A stretch of DNA of 64,000 bases, taken from contig NC_134028.1 of NCBI RefSeq assembly GCF_964204645.1, positions 5,456,001-5,520,000 on the forward strand, in the 5' to 3' direction. Below the pieces are notes generated by a model that was given only the letters and a program-made list of their open reading frames with translations, ran no database searches and was not told the origin of the DNA. Below are positions 1-11,644 of this stretch, in pieces. The position numbers and the translations under genes were made by a program. Within the stretch, counting starts at the first letter, position 1; every line of letters begins with the position of its first letter. The stretch comes from Tubulanus polymorphus. Lineage: Eukaryota > Animalia > Nemertea.

Positions 1-1183
1 ACCAAATGATAAATCCAAGGCATTATTATTAAGGCAAAAACATTTGTATTGCTATCATTTTCCACTAAATGTTTATTCAAAATGAACGACTAACAATTCG
101 AAAAATGGCGACCGACGCCACGAAGTCATCTTATCACAGGAAACAAGAAACTAATATTAAAAAATATATAGTTTTGTTATTTATAAAAATTTACAAAATA
201 GGATGAAAACAATTATAAAAAAGCTAACATGATGATTCGTATCTAAAAGATTTTCAACAAAATGTTTATGAAAACAAATTTCAAAAAGTGATCGGTGCAA
301 TAATTTCGAAAAATGGTATAGAATGAAATTACAATGATTGGATCTGATAAATGATTTCGAAGAATAGTATAAATTGAGATAACATTGATCTGATTGAGGA
401 TAATTATTTTTGTTGTACAAAATGTACAAAAATGATTGGTTGTTGATTTAGAAATTGATTAATTAATGAATAACAGCAACATATTTTTGAAATTTGAAAT
501 TTTGAAATGTTTGATGAAAACGATTGGTTTATGATTAGATAAAAACACAAAATAAAACATGAATTTCAGGAGATGATTCGCTGTTGCTTCAAAAGCAAGG
601 TTACAGAGGTTGACTGAACTGATAGAACCCGATTACTTCTTACACCGGAAAACCGTCTTCAGAAAAACCAAAAATCGTTAAACAGGCATAGCAAGGAGCC
701 TATAGCACCACACCGCCCGAGAAATACGAAAATATTTTTGAAAAAAATTAACGCACCAGGGTGGTCCGTTTCCACAGTTGCGGGCCGAGATTTGCATTCG
801 GAATCAGAATTAAAAAAGAACTAATTTTGACTCCAAACACAAATTTCAACCCTCCGCTATGGAACATGTCTAGAAATTCACAGACAAGGTCCCTCGCTTT
901 CGGTAAAAATTCCACGTACCAAAAATGACGATTATCGAAATTCATCCATTAACCCTTAAACTAAACCTTCGAAATTCATCTCCAAAATTGGACGTCCCCG
1001 TTTGACGAATAGCATTAGATGATTGGCTTACATCGCATGGACGGTAATGCTAAAGGTTTTACGATGCTGCGCTTCCTGGTGCGAGTAGTCCCCGAGTTCT
1101 ATCAACCCCTTCAACATGTAACCGAACTTCATATTCAACAGCTGAATCACCTCCAGATTAGATTAGTTAAAGTAACAGGTTAT

Positions 1184-2933
1184 CTAGAAGCGGCCGCTGC
1201 CGCACACAAAAACTCTTCGCATGGTTCGACGAAGCACCTTCTTGATTCGATTAAGCTTTCCTATTATAAAAGGAAAAGTCAGACAAACAACAAGTTTTTA
1301 TACTCTGAATTTTCCTTCTCATTTGAGCATTGACTTCAACCCGCGTGTGAACTTACCCTTTAAACCACTCGACACGCGCTTCGGTTTGATTTCCTCAGTT
1401 TGGATATCATTGAATACCTGGATATCGTCATCCACGATTATGTTGTCTTTTGCTTCCCGATAACACTGACGCACGACAACGTTCACTTCGATGTCTACAC
1501 ACGCACGAACACATATGTATGTAGAAATTCACACATATGTTATTAGCATACAAAATATACAAAAGTACATGTAAAAAGTAACATTAATTAGGCCTATTCG
1601 TGAATTAGTGAAGAGTAGATAATAAATCGAAAGTTTATGATCGCAACAGTTCAGTTTAATGTGTCTTTTTCGGCTAAGATATTTTGCATTATATACAGTT
1701 AAAAAGTTGAATTTTGTGGGATCAATATGTTTATTTGCGGGGGGGGTATCATAACGTTGGTGCATACTAGAGTCCTATGGAAGGTACATGCTAAAGCGGC
1801 GTGTTGTATTAGTAATTATATCGTGTAGTTCAGTGATTAAGTTATATAAGGAGTTATCAAGTTAATGGTCCAGGGATTCAACCAGTCATTTTGCGTTATT
1901 ACCTTATATAGTTCATTATTTCAATATTCCGTTTGATTTCTATTCTTACCCTTTATACCAGATGGAATGTCCTCTTCAATCTGGGATTCGTGGATCTCCT
2001 CTATTATCACAGATCCGTTGGCGGATTTTGTGCCATTGCTCGCAGTTTCATCGTCGTCACATTTCGATTCCAAGGTTTGAATGTCCGATTCAATGTCTAT
2101 ATATCGATAGATGGAAATTCAAAACAATGTTTCATAATAAAAATAAACTCTTTGAATCAGTTACTAACATTTTTGTGGTGACGATATTTCTGAGATAATT
2201 GTGTATTTATTAGAGGGATTGAATTACCTTCCATGAAACTTTCAGGTGCACCCACTTGCAGTCCTTCGTGGCCCCATTGTAGAATATTAACACCAGGCAG
2301 AAAAGGGATCCGTCTATTGGGCCTCGGTTCCCAGATAACGTGGCCCCCTGGGGTGAAGACGGATAACTTGCATTCTGTAGGAAGGTAACTATCTTCAATA
2401 TACGTCTCCCAGAAATTCGTGCCTGGTATGTTGGACATCTTTTGTCCAACCGCCCAGCCCATATTTTGTGCTCGAATCTGTACGAATTCTCCCGGCGATT
2501 GAGTCTCGTAGTGCGTAAGTATAATCGTTTTGTGGAGTCTTTCACCCCATATCTTCATAGGTATGCCTATTTGTGAAGAAATGATAGAGACAATGCATCA
2601 ACGAAAGTCCTTAAAGTTGATTCTAGTATGAAAACGGAAGAACGATATGCATGTCTTACCAGGGATCAAGCGTACATTTTCTTCATCATAAATTTTGCCA
2701 TCGAGGCAGAAAGTTTGTTCTTTGACAGCTGAAATAAAGTTATATTCAGATTTTAAATGTTTCGTAAGGAAAACTGAGACTGGGTGGAAGCTTCTGTATC
2801 CACCAAATCCACCTAAAAACGCCCGCAAGTCATCGTCCAACTCTGTTGCTAAGTGCAGATCGGCCATTATCGTGCCTGCTCGCTTCAACGATACCCGTCT
2901 TAAAGTTGAAATCTTCTCTGCCTTTTTCGACAT
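1184..2933 (-). CDS. Uncharacterised protein with divergent CBM20-like (starch/glycogen-binding) module, acidic linker and basic C-terminal tail; 5 exons
   Basis: Phase-consistent GT-AG exons 2933-2660, 2566-2228, 2096-1950, 1494-1357, 1260-1184. Exon 2 encodes HYETQSPGEFVQI..MGW..M....FWETYI..TECKLSV..HVIWEPRPNRRI, matching the CBM20 pattern T..GE.v.v..W..W..eyK..v.WE..NR. Read-through of the exon-4 donor gives an alternative stop at ~1319. Confidence 0.65.
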
Positions 2934-3134
2934 TATTGATGATAACGATTGGCGATTTATAATAGAGAAATATTACCTTCAAGTTCCGATTCGTTCAAAA
3001 GAACGCAGTTAGTTGTCGATGGATTGGCCATGATTTCACAATTTTTCGACAAAAGGAAGACGGTCAAAACAGTTGAACCAGTGACACGGCGGACATAAAC
3101 ATTAAAAAACTACCTAGTAACGTAGTTAGATCTG

Positions 3135-3158
3135 TGACGTCATTACCGCGAGGCCAAT
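3135..3158. promoter_or_regulatory. CRE (TGACGTCA) and CCAAT box in the divergent promoter between the CBM20-like gene and eIF3L
   Basis: TGACGTCA at 3135-3142 and CCAAT at 3154-3158, within the ~820 bp separating the two divergent start codons. Confidence 0.45.
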
Positions 3159-3752
3159 CAGCATAAAAAACGAAATACCAGTATATGATGTGTTCATAAT
3201 TTACGAACTTTTGACTGTAACCAATCCACTTCTTTATTATCTTGAATAAATACAACCTTAGGCTTTCAGTATTCTCAGTTTGGATAATTTATCGAATTAG
3301 CTAAACCTAACCTAAAATTGCATGCTCGCGAAGTCTGAACTTAGGAATCTGAGCGAATCATTCTAGAAAGTCCCAAGGCATCACGAATCCAGTTTCGACG
3401 AATTCCTATTTTGTGGGTATGAAAAATTTTTACGGCTTATGCCACGACGAAATTCTGAACTAATTGAATTAGTTCTAGGGCCCTGTCCGTGGGCATATGA
3501 CTGTGCATACTTGTAATAATTCTAGTTTTGCAAAATTTCCTCTATATGAATTCGATAAATTATACAATTACAATTTATTTTTTAATATTAACTTAAAGCG
3601 TGTCTCTGTATTGCCGGCGGCAGGGGACCCGTCGTCCTCTCGACAGCGAGTCTGACCGAATAAAGTAGATTTGATTTTGGAGGCGCACATCGCGTCTTCG
3701 GTTTAGTACCTACCGCGCTAACCCGGAAGCTTACACTACCCGGAGAAAAAAA

Positions 3753-6700
3753 ATGTGGCAAAATTCTGCTGAAGATTTTGTGGAACAGGTCGAGGTAAGC
3801 TAAGTCAGTTAACGTGGGCATATGATTATTGGCACCTTTTCTCGTCAATGTTTTATTTGAAATCGGAATATTGTAAATTGAAGACGTTTTTATCCGTATG
3901 ATTAGCACCGGCTGTCGTCGTCTAGAGCTAGTCTGTCCATACTCCTTTTCTTTCTTTTGACAAGCATGTGTGTGATTCGTATTACCCAGTATTACCCAAA
4001 CTAAGAGTTCAAGAACACTGAGAATATTTATTCATCAAACCCCATTTATTTGGTTCTAGGGTATACCTGTCCTTTAATTTTCAGGCTGGTCAGGCTGATG
4101 ATAGTGATAATGGGAAAATGTCCTCTTTCTTTGTTGATATCTAAAATGAACAGTTTTCTGATTATATTTCAGTACGATCCATATGTAACGCCATACGGTT
4201 CCAAATATGATGGTAGGTAGACTTTATGATTGATTCTCTGATTCTTTGGAAAAGAGTTTTTTTCTTAATAACCAAAAGAATATTTTAAATCATTTTCTGG
4301 ATCGTCAGTTGAGTAATTGATAGAATCCTCGTATTTTCGTTTCAGGTGATTACGGATATGATGGAAGAGACGATCGTCACCAATCTTACATTATACCGGA
4401 GGTTATCAAGAGATTCCTCACAGACTTCCAACGTTGTATAAACGAAGGAAACTTGTATGAAATTCAAAAAGCTTATGAAACCGAGTAAGTTACTCAGTTG
4501 AAATCATCACCCATGATGATTCCTGGGCCCCCAGTGTTCCACTACTATTGATATGAAACCTTACAAAGTGATTTCATATCCTGATCAACGAACAAAATAT
4601 CAAATTAGTACTAGGCACCTAGGTGTAGTGACCTGTACAGCCCCAAGGCTCTCACTATTACCTTCATTTAACTTTACTCCATTTTTCTGTATTGTCATTA
4701 TTCGTGGAAATGTAGTTAAATGAAAAATGAATTATTATTATTATAAATTGATTGATTAAAAACTGATTAAAATTTTTTTCAGTTTCAACAAATTGACCGA
4801 CAACTTCTTTAAGAACAGCGCCTGGCCCGAGGCCGAGGATGTAGCTCCTATCGTACAAGATGGTAATTAATGATATTGATTTCTCTAGAAACAAGAAAAC
4901 ATCTCGAAAATTGAGAACTTATTCCTAAATGAATGAATGCATTTATTTACAGATGGCCTTTTCCTGATCTTATACAAGGAATTGTACTATCGACACATCT
5001 ATGCTCGAGTAACGGTAAGCTTCTTTCTGTTGGCTCTGATTTATTGCCTAATTAGGTATTTCCCCTTTTTCCCATTTGAGACTTAAAATAAAACTGACGA
5101 ATTTCATATTTTTTCAGTCTGGCCCATCTCTGAATCAGAGACTTGAATCATATTACAACTATTGTAATCTATTCAACTATATTTTAAGTGAGTATGCCTT
5201 CGTAATCAATTTCCATTTTTCGAAACAAATTATGCTTAAGTCTCTTTAAATATTGATTCTTTCAGACGCTGAAGGCCCTGTACCTCTAGAACTGCCGAAT
5301 CAATGGCTTTGGGATATTATTGATGAGTTTATTTATCAGGTAGGTCTGAATACATGGTTCTGCAATATTTAGAAAGTACACTGTCCCAGTTGATGAAGTG
5401 TTGTTTTCTGCTAATAAAACACTCGATAAGTCTTATTCAAATTTTCTTCTCTTTTTAGTTCCAAAGTTTCAGTCTGTATCGGTCAAAGACAAACAAGAAA
5501 ACCGAGGATGAAATCGAGAACCTCAAACGCAACCCGAAGGTAAGCAATCATCTTAGATAGAAAAGTAATCTGTAGTAAGTAGGCATGATTTACTGGTCTG
5601 TGGTATGCTTATACTGTACATATGTGAATTTTTAGGCTTCTGGGGCCAGTTGCATAGTCGTGACTTAAGTCCAAAAGTGGTCTTAAATCTTAAGACTGGT
5701 TAGATTAGCTATAGAACTGAGTTGGTCTTAGACTGGTCTTAAGTCTAAGCCATGACTATGCAACCGGCCCCAGGTGCTACATTTATCTAGATCGTAAAAT
5801 GGTGTTTTGCCTATATTTCAGATATGGAATGTACACAGCGTTTTGAATGTGCTTCATTCTTTAGTCGATAAATCAAACATAAACAGACAATTAGAAATCT
5901 ACACCAGCGGTGGTATGTTAACTCTTTTGATTTATAGTCCATTTGTTCATATTTGATGATATGCGTCATTGAAGTCTGAATCCATCTAAAGAGGAGCTGA
6001 TCGAAAACATGGATTGATTGAGGATTCACTCACGGTGATCAAAGTCTAGATTATGAGGTGTATGTGTCTAATTGTAGGTGATCCAGACAGTGTTGCGGGT
6101 GAATTCGGTCGACATTCTCTGTACAAGATGTTAGGCTATTTCAGTTTGATCGGTTTATTGAGACTTCACTCTTTGCTCGGCGATTACTATCAGGCTTTGA
6201 AGGTTCTCGAGAATATTGACTTCAACAAGAAGGTAATTGATTATCAATGATGAAATCTCTATTTCAAAATCCCTTGTTATGCATTTAACTGTGGTGGCAG
6301 GTATGCCTTTTAAAAACCGCGCGATCTTTCGGATACTGCTAGATCATTCTGGAACAACTGTTAGATGCTCGGCTAAGTCTTACGGTTTATAAAGTCATAA
6401 TAAATGCTCCAATCAGCTGGATGTATGACTATAATTTCTTTTCATTTCTATTTGCAGAACATGTACTCTCGCGTGCCGGGATGTCAGATAACGACCTATT
6501 ACTACGTCGGATTCGCCTATATGATGATGCGACGATATCAGGATTCGATTCGTACGTTCTCGAACATTTTACTCTACATACAACGCACGAAAAACATGCT
6601 GCAGAATCGCGTTTACCTGTACGATCAGGTAAGATGAGTTAACCGTGAACGGGGAACATTCAATACCAAAAATGCCAATCGGGGAAGGTTATGGAATTAT

Positions 6701-8994
6701 CTTTTCTTTAACCCTTTCAGTGCTGACTTAATAATACCCTATAGTGCTGAAGATAATTTGAAAAATTTCAACCTAGTGTGCTGAATAACGGGAGTACCAC
6801 TATAGTGCGTATACACCGCGGCACGGTGTATCGTTAGTTTCTAATATTTCACTCTGTTTGACATGTGCTGTCATCTTTCAACAGAGATAGAAACTAATTA
6901 CGTCAATACACCGCAGTGCAGTGTACTAGTAAAATCCACCGATTTATACACCGCACTGCGGTGTAGACGCTCTGAAAGGGTTAAAGAAGTCAGGAAATTT
7001 TGTTAAATTGCTACAGGGATGAGTCAGGGAAATTTGTTGAGATAGTTAGGTGTATGAATCGGTTTCCATTCATATTTTAGTATTCATAATTCACTGGAAT
7101 TTTAGCAGGTTAAGTCAGGAAAATGTGAATGTCGGGGAAAAAGAAAAAGCAAATCAAAGGAAAAAAGTGGCCACTGTCTAATAAAGTTGTGAAACAGATT
7201 TGGATATGATTTTCAATAGCCTTGATGGAAGATCCCATTCTGTGGCACCTTTGCCTGCCATTAGTTTGAGATTCTATCTTATGAGTAACTTCGAATCAGT
7301 CCACAGGAATCTGCTCGTTTATATAATTGCAGGTGAACAAGATGAACGAGAAGATGTACACGTTGTTAGCGATTTCTCTGGTGCTGCATCCGATGAGAAT
7401 CGATGAAAGCGTTCATTCGCAGCTGCGCGAGAAATTCGGCGATCGAATGCTGCGCATGCAGAAAGGAGACACGACCGAGTACGAGAATAGTTTCTCGTTC
7501 GCTTGTCCGAAGTTCCTCTCGCCGGTACCGCCGAACTATGACGCGCCGGATACTAATCAACATAAGGTATGCGAAGTAAAGTGTTTTTAAGGGTCCGATC
7601 ATCGTTGAACGTTGTGAAGAATTGATTGTCTGCGAGAATGTGGGGGGGGAATGAAAAAAAAAATTGAAAAATCTGTGAAAAATATTTAAATTCGCGAAAT
7701 TTTATTATAATTTGTCTGGATAATAATCAGTAACCGCTTACAGTATTTTACCCGAAGTGATCCTGGTAATTTGTACTGAAAGAAAAACCAATTGTACAGG
7801 ATGTGGAACATATGAAAATTCCTGAGTTCACAAATCTAACCCCCGTCTTTTTTCAGTATGGTCACTCATAGAATCCCATTCTTGTATCCCTGCAGATACT
7901 ATAGATCGTTTCTTTAAACCGTTGAATTCATTTCAGGAACCGTTTTTACAACAGATGAAAGTGTTCATGGAAGAGGTCGCCCAGCAACAGATACTGCCAA
8001 CGATCAGGAGTTATCTGAAGTTGTACACGACTCTCCCGATCGCGAAATTATCAGCATTCATGGAAATGGTGAGCGTTAGTATACATTCCATTAATGTGGG
8101 GCTTATAGAGTGGGCACTGTTCTATTTTGCTTCACATCAGGACAATAGCAGTGGGATACCTGCACGCACCAGTGAGATGGCGCAACAATTCACTGCATTG
8201 TAGTGCAAATTAGTTCATTAAATTTAAACCAGATCTTTAGGCTTCCAAATGCAAATATTATCAAACAAGACATTAGATAGATGTATGATTCACTTTCTCG
8301 GTATAGATTTCACTGATAATTCATTTGCTAACTAGTTGATTCAAATTGAAATGAATTTAGAAGAAATTGAAGTGGTTACCCAGTAATTTCTAGCGAACCT
8401 GGTCGGTTGTCGCTGAATCCTTACTTGCTACAGTAGCAGTGCCGGTACTCCGTTCTTTCTAATCTAAAGAAAATCAATTTTTCAAATCCATGAGGGAAGG
8501 AATGTTGTCCTAGAATTATTGCGTGTTTTATCTACCGGAATTCAGTTTTTCCACGTTAATTTAATCTCAGAGTGAAGAGGAATTGAGAACGCATCTCATG
8601 TGTTTCAAACATAAAATGAAGAATCTGGTTTGGACTAAAGGGACCAGCGGATTGGAGGGTGAATTTCAGAGCGCATCGGAAGTAGATTTCTACATCGACA
8701 AGGTAAGATATTACTAAACATCTGAACATCTTTATTGCTCCAGATATAATGCACATTTATGGCAGCAAGTACCTTTGTTCTTTCGTAGGATATGATCCAT
8801 ATAGCTGATACGAAGGTAGCCAGACGTTATGGAGATTTCTTTATCAGACAGATTTTAAAGTTTGAAGAGGTAAAATTTGTTTGTCGTTTTCACTAAGTTT
8901 TATCCGGCTGAGCGATTAATCGACGCTATAGGTCTAACACTGACATATCTGTTTTTAGATCAACAGGAATTTGAAAGTGGTCGGAGCCAAATAG
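3753..8994 (+). CDS. EIF3L: Eukaryotic translation initiation factor 3 subunit L, 16 exons
   Basis: Exons 3753-3794, 4173-4212, 4346-4484, 4783-4862, 4953-5014, 5118-5187, 5266-5339, 5459-5539, 5822-5912, 6078-6232, 6458-6628, 7333-7566, 7937-8068, 8571-8702, 8789-8869, 8959-8994, all GT-AG and in phase. Encodes eIF3L motifs [100 protein letters not shown] near 9050. Confidence 0.97.
4513..4584 (+). ncRNA. Candidate intronic box C/D snoRNA in eIF3L intron 3
   Basis: C box ATGATGA (4513-4519) and D box CTGA (4581-4584), 72 nt in total, internal stem GATATGAAA/TTTCATATC, flanking GTTGA/TCAAC. No target recognised. Confidence 0.35.
5642..5771. mobile_element. Palindromic MITE, probably PIF/Harbinger-like
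   Basis: TIRs GGGGCCAGTTGCATAGTCGTGACTTA and TAAGCCATGACTATGCAACCGGCCCC; CWG-like flanks; inside eIF3L intron 8. Confidence 0.75.
6712..6980. mobile_element. piggyBac-type MITE with TTAA target-site duplication
   Basis: TTAA|CCCTTTCAG...CTGAAAGGG|TTAA; second copy at 27571-27851. Confidence 0.85.
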
Positions 8995-9628
8995 ATGGAG
9001 AAAAGATTCACAAATTTTCAAATGAATTGCATTGTCAAGAGAATGAAGAAAATAAATAAATTGGTTATAGAACTATATATTGCGTTTAGATCATTTTATT
9101 GACTACTTATGAATGGTTGATCAGGATGAAAAATGTAGTTCGTAGACCTTCACTAAAGTATCTTTCTATAACTATTTCTCTAGTGAAGAACGTCTGTGGA
9201 TTACGGTACGTTTTCCTTTTTAGGCCGATTAGCACTTGAACCTTGTCTCAGTCCTATTCATTTGAAAGAACGTGGATGGCTTATAAAGTAACCCTTGGTG
9301 TTTGAACATTCGAGGATCCCTGCTTAGGGTTACGTATGTAGTTGGCTGATCTAGTTTTCCAAATATAAAACCGAAAGCGTTTGAACCCTTTCTCAATTCA
9401 AATGCATACAGCCCATAAAGTTCCCTTAGTGTTAGGCCTCCAGGATCCCTATTCCCGCACTGATGAACACGTTTCCTTTATTTGCCTAATTTGTTTGGAC
9501 CCTATTGTGAATAACGTTCAAGGCTGAACTTGTAAATGCAGCGCAGGAAGGACTGATAAGATAAGTCACGGAGCTTTTATTGAATAAAAGATGGATGCAC
9601 GTTAACTGGTTAACACGAAGCCGTGAAC

Positions 9629-11644
9629 ATGAAGTTAGTGCTGGTTTTGTTACTGGTCGGGTATATCAGTGGTGAGTTGACCAACTAATAGAAATAGACT
9701 ACGAAATATAATTAACGGTATCGTTATTCGTCGATAAATCAAGCTTATCATCATTTGGACGTAAATAACCATCAAATTACTGTTGAAATCTCATATGATC
9801 AGTTCGAAAATTTTTTCATTTATAAACCGAATTTTTATACTGTTTATCGTGTAAACTCTTTGTAATTTCTTCACAAACTTCTTAATCTTGAATAACACTC
9901 ATTCTCAGCCCAGAAGTGCGGCAATCCGGCCATCAAACATAAATATGGGAATGGAGAGAACGGATTTCGAATTGTCGGTGGTAGCGAAGTAATATCTGGA
10001 AGTTGGCCTTGGATGGCCGGTTTGAGAAGAGCTGACAACAAGCAATATTGCGGAGGATCGTTGATACACCCTGAATGGGTGCTCAGCGCAGCTCATTGTT
10101 TCGACGAGTACGTGTTTATAAGTTCCGTTGCAAATTAAGCATGGAAAATCGAAATTTGACACAAACAGAATCCCACAATAATGTCGAAAAATAATGTCCG
10201 AAAATGTTCACTTGAGCTAAGTTTAGTTTAGGACTAGTAGTTTATTCAACTTTTCGACTATATTCAAATAGACATCTTCTGGAATACTGTATATATTCCT
10301 GAAAAATTACTATTAGGATATAGTCGAAAAGTTGAATAAACTACTAGTCCTAAACTAAACTTAGCTCAAGTGAACATTTTCGGACATTATTGTGGGATTC
10401 TGTTTATGTTATATGTATAACGTTTAGTTAAATTTCTATTTTCCGACTTCATTTTTCGTCATTATAATGGAATTCTGTTAGTATTTTCGTCACGATACGG
10501 ATATAGCGTCTTATCAATCGTGGTTATGCAGCATAATTCACTGATTCTATACGTATATAGTTTGATCAAATTTTTCTAAACAGAATTCGTAGCCCGAGAT
10601 TCTACAAAATTGCTCTGGGAAAACACACGAAAACATCGAAAGAACCCTTCGAGCAATTGATTCAAGTATCGAAAATCATCATTCACAGGCGATACCGTTC
10701 ACCGACATCCGGTCACGATATCGCTTTAATCAAATTATCGCGTCCAGCCCAGTTAAACGACCGCGTATCCTTGATTTGCCTTCCGACTGCACCACCAAAG
10801 CCAGGGAAGATGTGCTATGTGACTGGATGGGGACTTACGCACGGTCAGAAACTCTCTCTATTTGAGCATGAAAATACAGTCGCTGTTTCGGAGAATTTAG
10901 CAATTCTTTGTGTAAAATGTAGTATATTGGCTTTGTTGAACATTTGTATACTTATTCACCTTTTCAGGAACTAGTTTTCACGGAAACCTGAAACAGGCAA
11001 TGGTACCGATAGTTAGCCAGGCAACTTGTAGGCAGTCCGATTACTACGGCCGAGCGATTCGACAATCTATGTTATGTGCTGGCTACGAGATGGGAGGCCA
11101 CGACGCTTGCAAGGTATTTGGATAGTTTGGAGTTTGTATCATAATTCCCATACTGGCAAAAACGAAGCATGGGCGCTCCAGTTTGGAATACCAAAACTGG
11201 CCTGCTAATTTTTCTGCATAACTACTTATTTTATATCATTTTTCATGTTTCCATCTGTTTTCTATCCGTGTTATACATGTACAAGTAGTTATGTGTAAAG
11301 ATATAGTCCGTTCAGTGAATAGGAATATTTTTCAGAGTAGGAAAAGTAACTTAGTCATAGAAACTCGGTTTGAGAGATTCCAAAATCAGGGACATCGGCA
11401 CAATACGTATACGACAGCCACCAATAACCAACAAATCCAATTTTATGGACGATGAATGAATACTTATAATGTTTTATTATAGATGGACAGCGGCGGACCT
11501 CTGGTATGCGAAAATAACGGAATCTACGAACAATATGGTATCGTTTCATTCGGCATTGGCTGTGCTGAAGTGCGCAAACCAGGGATATACGTCAGGCTCA
11601 ATCTATACCTGGGTTGGGTCAAAGCAGTAATGGCGTCTCAATGA
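9629..11644 (+). CDS. Secreted trypsin-like (S1A) serine protease, 5 exons
   Basis: Exons 9629-9671, 9909-10107, 10584-10843, 10968-11113, 11483-11644. Signal peptide [15 protein letters not shown], activation site R|IVGG, SAAHC (His57), HDIAL (Asp102), DACK-MDSGGP (Asp189, Ser195), KPGIY; AATAAA follows the stop. Confidence 0.93.
10163..10405. mobile_element. Foldback element made of two inverted copies of a hammerhead-bearing (Penelope-like) repeat
   Basis: 73-bp perfect inverted repeat 10191-10263 / 10318-10390 plus terminal AAACAGAATCCCACAAT/ATTGTGGGATTCTGTTT; homologous to 32594-32693 and 58323-58445. Confidence 0.8.

Noticed and set aside
181-1180. Short ORFs and a possible plus-strand exon near 570-680
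   Set aside because: Low-complexity AT-rich translations, early stops after the candidate acceptor and no recognisable motif.
2695-3012. 105-aa plus-strand ORF
   Set aside because: Antisense shadow of exon 1 of the CBM20-like gene.
5953-6000. TTGATGA...CTGA...CTGA as a C/D snoRNA
   Set aside because: Only ~48 nt, imperfect C box and no recognisable guide.
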